Source of the DNA: Bryobacteraceae bacterium
Lineage (GTDB): Bacteria > Acidobacteriota > Terriglobia > Bryobacterales > Bryobacteraceae
Reading direction: 5' to 3'
Length of the DNA stretch: 64,000 nt
NCBI GenBank assembly: GCA_025927575.1
Contig: JAICLJ010000004.1
Coordinates: forward strand, 1,785-65,784
In this document: piece after piece, positions 9,377-19,387 of the stretch
Layout: each line of letters opens with the position of its first letter
Numbering within the stretch: the first letter of the stretch is position 1
Position numbers and translations under genes: made by a program
Notes under the pieces: generated by a model
Told to the model about the DNA's origin: nothing
Databases searched by the model: none
What the model saw: the letters and a program-made list of their open reading frames with translations, nothing else

Positions 9377-11203
9377 CGCGCCGGCCGGCGTCAAAGGTAC
9401 ACTTTCGAGCGAGCTCCCGAAATGTTGGCGGACCCGCTTGGCCGCAACCGCGCCTACGGCTTTTGAAAGCTCCGGATCGCTAGCGAGACGAATGCGTTCG
9501 AGGCTGCCAAAATGACGGAGCAGTTTCTCCACCGTCTTGGGTCCGACGCCTTTCACTTCGTGCAATTCCGACCGGAGCCTGTTCGTGTCTCTTCGATTGC
9601 GATGGAATGTGACGGCGAAACGATGCGCCTCATCTCGGATGGTTTGGACGAGATGCAGGATCGGTGAGAATCTGTCGAGAACGATGGGTTCGTCTTCCTG
9701 CCCATACACGTAAATCCACTCTTCCCGTTTCGCAATGGACGCAAGCGGCTGATCTGTGACGCCGATTTCCTCCAGCGCCTCGGCGGCTGCGTGTAACTGC
9801 CCGAGGCCGCCGTCCACGATCACCAGATCCGGAAATTTCGTTTTTTCCTCGCGCAATCGTGAATAGCGCCTGGTGATCACTTCCCGCATCGACGCGAAAT
9901 CGTCGTTTCCTTCCACGGTTCGAATAATGAACTTGCGGTAATCGGACTTCTTCATGCGGCCGTCTTCCCAAACAACCATGCTGGCCACTTTGTCCGTGCC
10001 TTGGATGTGCGAGATATCGAAGCACTCAATGCGTTTCGGCGCCTGAGGCAGGTTGAGGGCATCCTGCAGTGCGGCTTCGATCAGCTTCGAGGAAGGCTTC
10101 AGCACTCGAAAGCGCTGGTCGAAACTGTTCTTGGCGTTCGTCTCGACCAGTGAGAGCATCGCTTTCTTAGCCCCGCGCTGCGGCAGCAGGATCTCCACTT
10201 TCCGGCCCCGGCGTTCTGAAAGCAGTTCTTCGAATTCTTCGCGATCGTCGAAATCTATCGGCACGTGAATTGTATGCGGGATGTACGCTTGGTTGAGATA
10301 CACCTGCTTCAGCAGTGCTCCGCAGAACTCGCTCGGATCGAACTCATGCTGATCTTCCCAGAAGAATTCGCGTCGGTCGACGATCCGCCCGTTCCGAAGA
10401 TGGAAAAGATTTACCGCCACAAGCGGCGCTTCGGCGTAGTAGGCGAAGATGTCGGTATTTTCGCCCTCGATCGCCGCCATCTTTTGTTTCTCCTCCACCT
10501 CACGAATCGTGGCGATCAGGTCTCGAAGGTTAGCCGCTTCTTCAAAGCGCATGTCCTCGGCGGCCTGTGCCATGCGGCCTTCCAGTTGCTTTACGAGGTC
10601 ACCGTGCCGGCCTTCTAGAAATAACCGCGTGTCACGTACGGCAGCCGCATATTCCTGTTCTGTCGTCAAGCCATCGACACAAGGGCCCAAGCACCTGTGA
10701 ATGTGAAATTGCAGGCAGGGGTATGAATGCTGGCGGTCGAAATCGATCTTGCAGGAAGGCACCTGGAAGTACCGGTTAATGAAGTGAACCAGCCTGTGCG
10801 CGAGATTTGCCGGAAAGTACGGGCCGAAATAGGAAGAGCCGTCCTTGATCAGGCGTCGTGTCACGTAGACACGCGGAAACTGCTCGTTGGTCAAGCGGAT
10901 GTATGGATAAGTTTTGTCGTCGCGCAACAGGACATTGAAGCGCGGCTTGTATTGTTTGATGAGATTGTTTTCAAGCGCCAGCGCTTCCTTGTTGTTGTCG
11001 ACCTGGATGTAGTGGACGTCGCGGGATTCAGCGATCAGACTACCTGTTTTCGCTTCCGCCAGCCGATCCTCGGAGAAATAGCTCCGCACGCGGCTTCGAA
11101 GATTTTTGGCTTTCCCAACGTAAAGGACTGTGCCCTCGCCATCTTTATAAAGGTAAACGCCAGGCGCGGTGGGAAGCTGCGCTACTCGTTCGCGAAGATC
11201 CAT
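9326..11203 (-). CDS. uvrC: Excinuclease ABC subunit C
   Basis: GIY-YIG (PGVYLY..YVGKAKNLRSRVRSYF), UVR domain, RIECFDISH, DGGLGQL, C-terminal HhH. Confidence 0.97.
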   Translation of the reverse strand: MDLRERVAQLPTAPGVYLYKDGEGTVLYVGKAKNLRSRVRSYFSEDRLAEAKTGSLIAESRDVHYIQVDNNKEALALENNLIKQYKPRFNVLLRDDKTYPYIRLTNEQFPRVYVTRRLIKDGSSYFGPYFPANLAHRLVHFINRYFQVPSCKIDFDRQHSYPCLQFHIHRCLGPCVDGLTTEQEYAAAVRDTRLFLEGRHGDLVKQLEGRMAQAAEDMRFEEAANLRDLIATIREVEEKQKMAAIEGENTDIFAYYAEAPLVAVNLFHLRNGRIVDRREFFWEDQHEFDPSEFCGALLKQVYLNQAYIPHTIHVPIDFDDREEFEELLSERRGRKVEILLPQRGAKKAMLSLVETNAKNSFDQRFRVLKPSSKLIEAALQDALNLPQAPKRIECFDISHIQGTDKVASMVVWEDGRMKKSDYRKFIIRTVEGNDDFASMREVITRRYSRLREEKTKFPDLVIVDGGLGQLHAAAEALEEIGVTDQPLASIAKREEWIYVYGQEDEPIVLDRFSPILHLVQTIRDEAHRFAVTFHRNRRDTNRLRSELHEVKGVGPKTVEKLLRHFGSLERIRLASDPELSKAVGAVAAKRVRQHFGSSLESVPLTPAGASLTVEQTETEGVGKAG

Positions 11204-11223
11204 CGGCAGCTATACTTTAGATT

Positions 11224-11691
11224 GTGACACGCAGGTTTTGGATTCCCGTTCTTCTCAGCGTGTTCGCCTTATTCCCTCTGTTTGCACAGAGTCATCAGGA
11301 TCCCGCCACAAAGCACGACGGCACCCCAGCGGCCTCCGCGCAGAAGCAACAACCTCCCGACGAGGACAACCCGCCGGAAGAGGACGAGGAACAGAAACCA
11401 GAGCAATATGCGTTCAACCCTTTGAAGGCCAAGCAGGTGTTGGATATTGGCATGTTCTACATGCACAAATCGCAGTACAAGGGTGCTACCGGCCGCTTTC
11501 TCGAAGCGACGAAATGGAATCCCGGATGGGCAGAAGCGTACCTCCGGCTCGGCGAAGCACAGGCGAAGCTAGGCCGCCCTGACGATGCGAAAAAGTCGTT
11601 TGCCAAAGTGGTGGAACTCGCCCCGAAATCGAAGGAAGCTCGCGAAGCCGAAAAACGGAGCGGGAAGCTTAGCGCAGCCAGTCGCCATTAA
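11224..11691 (+). CDS. Secreted TPR protein
   Basis: Signal peptide, acidic linker, two TPR motifs (AEAYLRLGEAQAKLG..AKKSFAKVVELAP). Confidence 0.8.
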   Translation: MTRRFWIPVLLSVFALFPLFAQSHQDPATKHDGTPAASAQKQQPPDEDNPPEEDEEQKPEQYAFNPLKAKQVLDIGMFYMHKSQYKGATGRFLEATKWNPGWAEAYLRLGEAQAKLGRPDDAKKSFAKVVELAPKSKEAREAEKRSGKLSAASRH

Positions 11692-11790
11692 CCGTATTTA
11701 ATACCCAGTTAAGGACGGCTTCATTCCCGGCTGGCACTATGGAGTCGAGCCAGACAGCTCAGAGTAGCCGCTAAGGAGATAAATCTCGAA

Positions 11791-11982
11791 ATGAAGAAGA
11801 TCACCAGTTTGATGCTCGGTTTCGCGTTTGTGCTGGGCACCGTTGCTTTCGCGCAAGATGCGCAGAGCAATGACAAGATGTCGGGCCAGCAGACCACCAA
11901 AACCAAGAAGCATAAAAAGAATAAGAAACAGAAGAAGGACAAGTCGAACGCGAATTCGACCGCTCCTGCTCCCCAGAATTAA
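11791..11982 (+). CDS. Small secreted lysine-rich protein
   Basis: AAGGAG RBS, signal peptide ending AFA, KTKKHKKNKKQKKDK tract, followed by a terminator. Confidence 0.75.
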   Translation: MKKITSLMLGFAFVLGTVAFAQDAQSNDKMSGQQTTKTKKHKKNKKQKKDKSNANSTAPAPQN

Positions 11983-12003
11983 CTGAGTTCTGAAGTTTTG
12001 AAT

Positions 12004-12036
12004 AAGCGGCCCAGCCTCCCACGGCTGGGCCGCTTT
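12004..12036 (+). terminator. Intrinsic terminator hairpin
   Basis: AAGCGGCCCAGCC-TCCCAC-GGCTGGGCCGCTT stem-loop with short T run downstream of the small ORF. Confidence 0.7.
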
Positions 12037-12175
12037 CATGTGTGCGAGACGGGTTCACGGAGTGGGGGGCCCCCCCGCGCGCGAGGCATCGCGTATGGAC
12101 GGATGGCTGAGGATCTTTTCCGCGATTTACTGGCTATCTCGATTGGGGCGAGTGTGACACTGGATAAGTACCTTC

Positions 12176-13006
12176 ATGCGGGAACAAGGACGCTTCAAAT
12201 ATTCCCTTCCTTACTGGTGCCTCGCTTCGACCGAGTGGAACTGGGCGATCGAGCGCATTTGTGATACGGCCAAAAAACTGGGCATCCTCAGTCTCGAACT
12301 CGTTCCTTCCGAATTACTGCGTGACGTACGGCAACAGGGGCTCGGCATTGCTCTTGCCAACAACGGCATGCCCGATCCGCCTTTCCAAAAAGGATTGAAC
12401 AATCTTCGCTACCACGACGAAGTTATCGAGCGTACGGAAGAAGCGATAGACGAGTGCGTGGAATTCGGCATCCCCAATGTCATCGCCTTCACCGGCTACA
12501 AATGGACGAACGCCGACGATCCGCAGAGCGCCGAAATCCCACCCGAGGAGGGCGCCGTTAACTGCGTTGCGGGATTGAAGCATTTGGCTCAATACGCCGG
12601 GAAGAAAAGTGTGACAATCTGTCTCGAGCATCTGAACACGCGTGACGGCTCCCATTCAATGAAGGGGCATCCTGGCTATCAGGGCGACGATCTTGACTAC
12701 TGCGCGGCGATTATCGAGCGTGTGGGCTTGCCGAATGTGAAGTTATTGTTCGATTGCTATCACGTGCAGATGATGCACGGTGACCTGATCCGCCGCATCC
12801 GTCAGCATGGCCATCTGATCGGCCACGTCCACACGGCCGGCAATCCCGGTCGAGGCGAACTCGACGACAACCAGGAGATCCATTACCCCGGCGTTATGCG
12901 CGCGCTTCAGGCCGCCGGCTATCGCGGCTTTATAGGCCACGAGTTCATCCCGACGCGCGACCCTGGCGAGGGGCTCGCCGAAGCCATTCGAGTTTGCGAA
13001 GCCTAG
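12176..13006 (+). CDS. Hydroxypyruvate isomerase-family TIM-barrel protein
   Basis: LEHLN, LLFDCYHVQMMHGD, GHVHTAGNPGRGEL, GFIGHEFIP. Confidence 0.88.
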   Translation: MREQGRFKYSLPYWCLASTEWNWAIERICDTAKKLGILSLELVPSELLRDVRQQGLGIALANNGMPDPPFQKGLNNLRYHDEVIERTEEAIDECVEFGIPNVIAFTGYKWTNADDPQSAEIPPEEGAVNCVAGLKHLAQYAGKKSVTICLEHLNTRDGSHSMKGHPGYQGDDLDYCAAIIERVGLPNVKLLFDCYHVQMMHGDLIRRIRQHGHLIGHVHTAGNPGRGELDDNQEIHYPGVMRALQAAGYRGFIGHEFIPTRDPGEGLAEAIRVCEA

Positions 13007-13171
13007 CGGGCCGGTTCGATGGCCAATCCGGCAATTCGCCGGCCAGGAAACAACCCCGTCCGGCTTCGCGTCCAAACTATACTGACCAAGTTCCAGCCTG
13101 TACAGGACCAACGAGATTTTTATGTGATGTGACACTTGATTCTGTTGTTTGGTAGCTTAAGGAATCCTGCC

Positions 13172-14821
13172 ATGGAGCTGCTGATTTACGCGCCGGAAGG
13201 CGACGCAAAAAGAGTTACGCTCGACAACGAGGCGCTTTCGCTGGGCCGCGCGGGAGATAACGACCTTGCGTATCCAAGCGACCCGTGGCTGTCGCGGTAC
13301 CACTTGCGATTCGAGCGAAACGGCGGCGCCTGGAATGTGAAGGACTGCGATAGCCGAAACGGAACCATTGTTAACGCGGCGAGCTTGCAGGCGCCGCATG
13401 CGCTGGCGCCGGGAGATCGCATTTACGCCGGTCATCTCACAATCGAAGTTCACGTCGATCCTTCGGACACCTCTCGTGGCGTGGTTTCGTTCATTCCAGG
13501 GCGGGGAATCCTGGAAACCAAGGGCACGGTCGTCACCAATCTTGAGAAAGTTCTTAATCAGACAAGAGCGGCTTCCGACAGGGCGAAACATGACGAAGTC
13601 ACGCTGACGACCACCCGCGTAGTCGATGCGCTGATTCGGGCGGGTCAGGAATTGGCGAGCCACCGGCCGCTCGAGAAGATTTTTCAGGTGATTCTCGACC
13701 TGTCGCTATCGGCTGTCGATGCGATGCGCGGAGTCATCCTCACTCTCGAAAAAGACGGCAACCTGGAGGTGCGCGCAAGCAAGGGCGACAACTTTGCCAT
13801 CAGCACATCGGTTCGCGACCACGTGCTCAGCGAAAAGTGCTCTCTGATGATCAGCGATGCCCAAATGGAAGAGGCTTTTCGCGAGCAGAAAAGCATTGTT
13901 GCACATAAAGTACGCAGCGTGATGGCGGTGCCGCTTCAGACAGGCGATCGCGCCATCGGCCTGATCTACGTCGATACGGGCAGCCTCATCCGGCCGTTTG
14001 CACAAGAGGATCTGGATTTGCTCACGGTTATGGCGAATGTGGCGGCCATCCGGATAGAACAGGCCCGTCTGATCGAAGTGGAGCAGTCGGAGAAGCTTAT
14101 GGAATCGGAACTCGCCGCGGCCAGCGAAATCCAGCGCAATCTTCTGCCCACGGACGAGCCGGCGTGCGACGGCTACGAAATCGCCGGATATAATCTTCCC
14201 TGCCGCACGGTCGGCGGCGATTACTACGACTTCGTTCCGTATGGTGACGGCCGGCTGGCATTGGTCGTTGGCGACGTTGCCGGCAAGGGCTTGGCCGCGG
14301 CTCTGATGATGTCAAGCCTTCAGGCGCGAGTCCACATGCTGGTGGAATCGTGTCCGGATCCAGCCGGCGCCTTAACAGTTCTGAACAGGAATGTCGCGAA
14401 GAGATGCCCTCCGGGGAAATTCATCACGTTCTTCTACGGACTGCTGGATCCGGCGACAGGGAAGCTGCAATACGCCAATGCCGGACACAACTATCCCTTA
14501 CTGATTCGAGCCGATGGGACCACCGTTTGTCTGACCGGCCACGGCATGGTGATGGGTATCCTGGAGAATTCCAAATACCAGACGTTTGAGACGGAACTGG
14601 CAGCAGGCGATATGCTGGCGCTCTTCAGCGATGGCGTTACGGAGGCGCGCACGCCGGATAACGACGAATTCGGCGAGTCCCGCCTTGCCGGCTTTCTGAC
14701 GGCGCGCCATGAGCGGCAAGTAGATGAAATTATCAGCGAGTTAGTAACTTACGTTCGCGACTGGTCTGGCGAGCCGGTATTCGCCGACGACTTCACAATG
14801 GTCATCGTTCGACGCAAGTAA
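13172..14821 (+). CDS. FHA-GAF-PP2C (SpoIIE/RsbU-like) phosphatase
   Basis: FHA (LGRA..LSRYH..SRNGT), GAF (SVMAVPL..GLIYVD), PP2C (VGGDYYD, GDVAGKG, FSDGVTEA, DDFT). Confidence 0.92.
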   Translation: MELLIYAPEGDAKRVTLDNEALSLGRAGDNDLAYPSDPWLSRYHLRFERNGGAWNVKDCDSRNGTIVNAASLQAPHALAPGDRIYAGHLTIEVHVDPSDTSRGVVSFIPGRGILETKGTVVTNLEKVLNQTRAASDRAKHDEVTLTTTRVVDALIRAGQELASHRPLEKIFQVILDLSLSAVDAMRGVILTLEKDGNLEVRASKGDNFAISTSVRDHVLSEKCSLMISDAQMEEAFREQKSIVAHKVRSVMAVPLQTGDRAIGLIYVDTGSLIRPFAQEDLDLLTVMANVAAIRIEQARLIEVEQSEKLMESELAAASEIQRNLLPTDEPACDGYEIAGYNLPCRTVGGDYYDFVPYGDGRLALVVGDVAGKGLAAALMMSSLQARVHMLVESCPDPAGALTVLNRNVAKRCPPGKFITFFYGLLDPATGKLQYANAGHNYPLLIRADGTTVCLTGHGMVMGILENSKYQTFETELAAGDMLALFSDGVTEARTPDNDEFGESRLAGFLTARHERQVDEIISELVTYVRDWSGEPVFADDFTMVIVRRK

Positions 14822-14892
14822 CCCAAGGGCTTGACGAGATATCGTCGGCGCCGAGTTCGAGCCACGATACTTTGTCAAGGTCATGCGGATTC

Positions 14893-14993
14893 TATGAAAA
14901 GTCATTCTGGATGATATACCTAAAGGCAGATCCAGTTTATAGTCCCCTCCGCAACGATCCGCGGTTCAAAAACCAATGAACTGGCTGGGTTTT
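14893..14993 (+). pseudogene. Relic of the C-terminus of a TolB-like/TPR signalling protein
   Basis: Translates YEKSFWMIYLKADPVYSPLRNDPRFK, resembling the LKVDPxFDxLRSDPRF terminal motif; no upstream ORF. Confidence 0.5.
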
Positions 14994-15418
14994 CCATCCG
15001 AATCTTCGTGAGCCTCTTGCCTTCAACCCGCGCCGGAAATTTCGGAAATCGGGCTGGCGGAAGCTGACCTGTACCGGCGAGTTGCCAATTATCTAAGCTT
15101 GGCGCACGCTTGTTTACAAATACTTTACGCGGCACTGACAAGTTACTCGTTGGCGCTGCGTAAAATCGTAGATAATTGCCTCGGAAACTCCGGGACATCT
15201 GTCGCATTCGGACAGATGCCGAGTGGCGGCGCCGCCAAGCCGGGGCTCACAGGCGTACGGAGGCCGGCCTCCGATTATGGATATTGGGCTCCTTCTTAAA
15301 GCGCCAAAGTGAAACCTGGACTTCGCGGCCGGGTCCCGCATGAATCTGACGCACCGACGCTCGATGCGCCGGAGGAGTGACATGATCGTAAGAGTAGCCG
15401 TTGTAGGAGCACAAGATC

Positions 15419-16276
15419 ATGTCGAACAATCAAGACAAGCCGATTCTCATTACGGGAGCCACGGGACTCCAGGGCGGAGCTGTGTTTCGATCCCTGCGAA
15501 GCAAGGGTTTCCCGGTGCGTGCGATGACACGCGAGCCCGAAAAGCGCGAAGCGCGGGATCTGGCCGGAAGCGGCGTCGAGGTGGTACGCGGCGACCTGGA
15601 CGATCCGGCATCATTGATGCGCGCGCTCGAGGGCGCGTATGGCGCCTACTCTGTCCAATACGCAAGACACGGCGTGGAAATGGAGGTTCGCCAGGGCATC
15701 AATCTGGCGGATGCGGCAAAGAAATCGCAGATCAGCCACTTCATTTACAGTTCAGTAGGAGCCGCCGACCAGAACACCGGGATTCCGCATTTCGAGAGCA
15801 AAGCGAAAATTGAGCGGCACGTCCGCGATACCGGACTTCCTTTTACGATTGTACGGCCCGTTTTCTTTATGGAAAACTGGCTCGCGATGCGGGGGCAGAT
15901 TGAGCTGCACACGCTGGCGCAGCCTCTGACCCCGGATACAAGGCTGCAAATGGTGGCCGTAGACGATATCGGGGAGTGTGTCAGCACGGCCTTCGAGCAA
16001 CCGCACAAATTTCAGGGCCGGACGATCGAACTCGCCGGAGATGAACTGTCGATGACCGAACTCGCACAGGCGTTCAGCCGCATCACCGGAAAAGATGTCC
16101 ACTACATGCAAGTGCCCTGGAGCCAGTTCAGTGCCCAGGCTGGCCCGGAAATTACGATGATGTACCACTGGTTTCAAGATGTCGGATATCACGCCGATAT
16201 TGCAGCGCTCCGGCAAGAGTTACCAAGCCTCATGTCATTCGACCGCTGGTTGAAGATGGCTTGGAAAAAAGCGTAA
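15419..16276 (+). CDS. NmrA/HSCARG-family NAD(P)-binding protein
   Basis: ITGATGLQGGAV, GIPHFESKAKIE, RPVFFMEN. Confidence 0.92.
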   Translation: MSNNQDKPILITGATGLQGGAVFRSLRSKGFPVRAMTREPEKREARDLAGSGVEVVRGDLDDPASLMRALEGAYGAYSVQYARHGVEMEVRQGINLADAAKKSQISHFIYSSVGAADQNTGIPHFESKAKIERHVRDTGLPFTIVRPVFFMENWLAMRGQIELHTLAQPLTPDTRLQMVAVDDIGECVSTAFEQPHKFQGRTIELAGDELSMTELAQAFSRITGKDVHYMQVPWSQFSAQAGPEITMMYHWFQDVGYHADIAALRQELPSLMSFDRWLKMAWKKA

Positions 16277-16287
16277 CAGGCGTTCCG

Positions 16288-18042
16288 TCAGAGTGTTTGC
16301 AGAACGAAACTTTCCATGGACCGAAGGATGCCATCTGGCTCGGCGGTCGCCAGAGTGGTGATTTCTTCCGCGCGGGATTGCGAGTCCGATACCGCATAAA
16401 TCCGGAGCTCGTCGGCATTTCCTGAAGGACGCAGGTGAGCCACGTCTCCGTTTTCAAACGTGACACGCACGCCGTCCGTGTAATTCAGCCGTGTGATGGC
16501 TCCGAATCCAGCCGCCGCCTTAAAGAAGTGCGAGAGCTGTCGCCTGATGCCGTCGGCCTGATTTGCTAAGCCGCTCCGACCCGGTAGTTCTCGCCCGTAC
16601 GCATCGAGGAGCGTGATCCGATGGGATTTAAATTGCACATCATGCACTGCCGGATCGGCCGGTGAAAATCGCTCAACAATGGCGAGGCCAGTCCGTCTCG
16701 GAAAACGCTTCAGCAGGGCTGCGCGGCTGAAACGTGGGGGGAGGCGGTTGAACAAGTCCGCCAGGGACAGATTTTGCTCGTGGGCGCTGAACAGAACAGC
16801 GAGGAGTGGAAGAACAGCATCGCGTGTGGGAAGCGCGTCAAGCACCTTGCCGTTCCGCTCGATGCTGGAGCCTGTCAGAAAACCGCCGTTCGCCTCCCAG
16901 CCGCAGATCGCTCGTTTGCCTTTGCTCCGCGCGCGCTCCATGCCGGCGATTACGTAGGGTGAGCCGATTCGGGTTTTCGGTTCCAGCACCGGTCCGAGAT
17001 TACTCTGGTCGATCGCGTCGTTGCAGCTGATCGGGACAACCACTGCGTCCGCGTTTAGGTATTCGGCCACGACCATGCCCAGCAGGTCTCCGCCGAAGAA
17101 CCGCACTTTGTTCGTCGAACGGTCGACTCCCAGCAGCAGCGGGCGGTCGCTATCGCCGTCAGTCGAAACAACAGCGTCAATGTGGCCATGCTTCGCAGCA
17201 GCTTCATCCACCAGGGATTGAATGACGCCTAGCTGTGCAGCATCAATGTTCTCCGTATCGATGGGAACAAAACTATCGCTGCGGCCCGTTAGAATAACCT
17301 CGGCCCCGAGTTGGCGCAGGATGTCGGGCACGAGATCCCGCCCAACGGCCGAGTGCTGATAGAACAGAAGGCGCATGCCGTTCAACGATTGCCCGGCAAA
17401 GAATCCGCTGTACCGCTGGGCGTAGGCCGCGCGAGCATCATCGACCGGGGCAGGTAATTCGGCATGCCCCGACTTAAAACGCCCGTCCGCATCGAAGGCC
17501 GATGAAGCAAACGGCTGGTTGTACAAAACCTGGCGCACGCGCTCGACCGCGCGTCCAATCGGTTCCTCCTGCTCTTTCAGCAGTTCGCCGCAGGAGGTGT
17601 TCGTTTTGTAGCCGTTCCGGTCAAACGGGATGTGGCTTCCGGTAACCATGATGCTGCCTTTGCCGCGTGAGAAGGCCAAATAGGCGAGCGCGGGCGTAGG
17701 TACGGCGCCCAGATTTACGGGCTTCATCGCGGCATCGTGAATTGCGCGGGTAATAGCCTGCGCGAGTTCTCCCCGGCCGCATTCCTCCGGTACATATTCT
17801 GTAGAGCTGGGCCGCAGGTCGTAAGCAAAATACAGGTCGTCTCCGCAGACTATTCCGCCTTCAGACGGAGCCAGCGATTGGAGATATTGCAACTCGGCGA
17901 ACGCGTTGATGTATATCTCCAGCTGTGTCAGATGAACCACGAGGCCGCGCCGTCCGCTGGTGCCGAATCGCAGTATTTCGGGCTCGTAATTTAAGTGCGA
18001 ACGCAGCGAATTCGCGGGAATGGTCGGAGATTCAGGTTCCAT
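16288..18042 (-). CDS. Phosphomannomutase/phosphoglucomutase
   Basis: FGTSGRRG, catalytic TGSHIP, metal loop DGDSDR, GWEANGG, RPSGNADELRIY. Confidence 0.92.
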   Translation of the reverse strand: MEPESPTIPANSLRSHLNYEPEILRFGTSGRRGLVVHLTQLEIYINAFAELQYLQSLAPSEGGIVCGDDLYFAYDLRPSSTEYVPEECGRGELAQAITRAIHDAAMKPVNLGAVPTPALAYLAFSRGKGSIMVTGSHIPFDRNGYKTNTSCGELLKEQEEPIGRAVERVRQVLYNQPFASSAFDADGRFKSGHAELPAPVDDARAAYAQRYSGFFAGQSLNGMRLLFYQHSAVGRDLVPDILRQLGAEVILTGRSDSFVPIDTENIDAAQLGVIQSLVDEAAAKHGHIDAVVSTDGDSDRPLLLGVDRSTNKVRFFGGDLLGMVVAEYLNADAVVVPISCNDAIDQSNLGPVLEPKTRIGSPYVIAGMERARSKGKRAICGWEANGGFLTGSSIERNGKVLDALPTRDAVLPLLAVLFSAHEQNLSLADLFNRLPPRFSRAALLKRFPRRTGLAIVERFSPADPAVHDVQFKSHRITLLDAYGRELPGRSGLANQADGIRRQLSHFFKAAAGFGAITRLNYTDGVRVTFENGDVAHLRPSGNADELRIYAVSDSQSRAEEITTLATAEPDGILRSMESFVLQTL

Positions 18043-18085
18043 GAGTAGCTAGAAGCGTGTGGGCGACGCATGCGTCGTCCTACAG

Positions 18086-18670
18086 TCATACGCGAATTGA
18101 GGCTTGGTCCTTCGCTGCCTCCAAGCGTTCGCGGCGGCGTGCGAGGATTACCGTTTCATGAGCTAGCAGCGCTTTCTTCAGGCTGACGCCGCCCGAATAA
18201 CCGCCGAGTTTTCCTCCTGCGGCAACAATGCGATGGCAAGGAACAATTAGCGGCAGATGATTGCGGCCGTTCGCTTGCCCAACGGCGCGCACGGCGGCGG
18301 GGTGGCCAATCACCTTCGCAATATCGCCGTAGGTGCGGAGGGCGCCGAAAGGCACGCGCATCAAGGCTTTCCAAACATCCACCTGAAATGGAGTTCCCTC
18401 GAATTCAAGCGGCAAATCGAATTCGATTTGATATCCGGCTATGTAGTCTTCCACTTGGGCCGCCGCTGCATCGAGCAATCCCGATCCGGTTCCGCCGGGC
18501 CAGCGAGTCGCGCCATGATCGCCTAGCTCCCGGAGAAACTCATCCTGAGCAAATGGATGGCCCTCGGCATCCATCGCGATGCGCCAGATACGGCCCTCGC
18601 GCGCCGCAATGTAGACGCGTATGCGTCCATCGCCGGCGAGCCGACCTTCTACGGAAGTCCAGAAGATCAT
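18086..18670 (-). CDS. ogt: Methylated-DNA-protein-cysteine methyltransferase
   Basis: GTPFQVDVW, AVRAVGQANGRN, active-site VPCHRIV; ATG at 18670. Confidence 0.9.
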   Translation of the reverse strand: MIFWTSVEGRLAGDGRIRVYIAAREGRIWRIAMDAEGHPFAQDEFLRELGDHGATRWPGGTGSGLLDAAAAQVEDYIAGYQIEFDLPLEFEGTPFQVDVWKALMRVPFGALRTYGDIAKVIGHPAAVRAVGQANGRNHLPLIVPCHRIVAAGGKLGGYSGGVSLKKALLAHETVILARRRERLEAAKDQASIRV

Positions 18671-18680
18671 TGCTCTTACT

Positions 18681-19352
18681 TTACAACGCAGGTTCGCTGC
18701 TTCCGTCGGGTGTTTTTGCTTCCTCGACCAACGCGCGAAGCAGCCGGCGCGCGCCACGTGTGTCCCCATTCCGGATGAGCGACAGTGCGTCGGAATCGAC
18801 GAGTTCATACCAGAGTTTCCGCCTTGTTTCGAAATCGCGAATCGAAGATGCGATCTCGCCGCGCAGCTGGCCTAACATTTCCGTGAATGCCGCATACTCC
18901 TCGCCGATTTCGCGTTCGAGCCGTTGTCTGAGGCGGACGGCGAGTGCCGGCGCTGCCCCATTGGTAGAAATTCCAATTGTCAGCGGGCCGCGCGAAAGTA
19001 CCGATCCGAAAGTGAATCGGCAGTGCTCAGGGTCGTCGGCGGCATTGCACAGCACGCCGCGTGCTTCGGCATTCCGGAACAGTTCGGAGTTGTCTTCCCG
19101 ATCTGTAATAACAAGGAAACACGAATCGAGATCGCCCGGGTCGAAGCCTCTCCTGTGCCAGACGAGCTTGCCTTCCGACGCCAGGTTGGCAATGGATTCG
19201 ACTGCCGCCGGATTCACGTAAACCACTTCCGCTCCCCGCGTAATAAGCGTGGTTATCTTTGCCGGCAGTTCAGGTCCTTCACCGACAACCAGGCAGCGCT
19301 TCCTTTCAACGTTGAGGAAAACGGGATAACGAAAGTTCAGACTCGGGCTCAC
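18681..19352 (-). CDS. Precorrin-2 dehydrogenase / sirohydrochlorin ferrochelatase (CysG N-terminal, Met8-like)
   Basis: YPVFLN..CLVVG, NAADDPEHCRF, ISTNGAAPALA. Confidence 0.88.
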   Translation of the reverse strand: MSPSLNFRYPVFLNVERKRCLVVGEGPELPAKITTLITRGAEVVYVNPAAVESIANLASEGKLVWHRRGFDPGDLDSCFLVITDREDNSELFRNAEARGVLCNAADDPEHCRFTFGSVLSRGPLTIGISTNGAAPALAVRLRQRLEREIGEEYAAFTEMLGQLRGEIASSIRDFETRRKLWYELVDSDALSLIRNGDTRGARRLLRALVEEAKTPDGSSEPAL

Positions 19353-19387
19353 GCCTCCGATTGTCGCGCGGAAGGTTGTGGAGCGAT

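Noticed and set aside
18064-18077. Palindrome CGACGCATGCGTCG (and GGGGGGCCCCCC near 12064) as REP elements
   Set aside because: Single occurrences; no repeated family seen in the window
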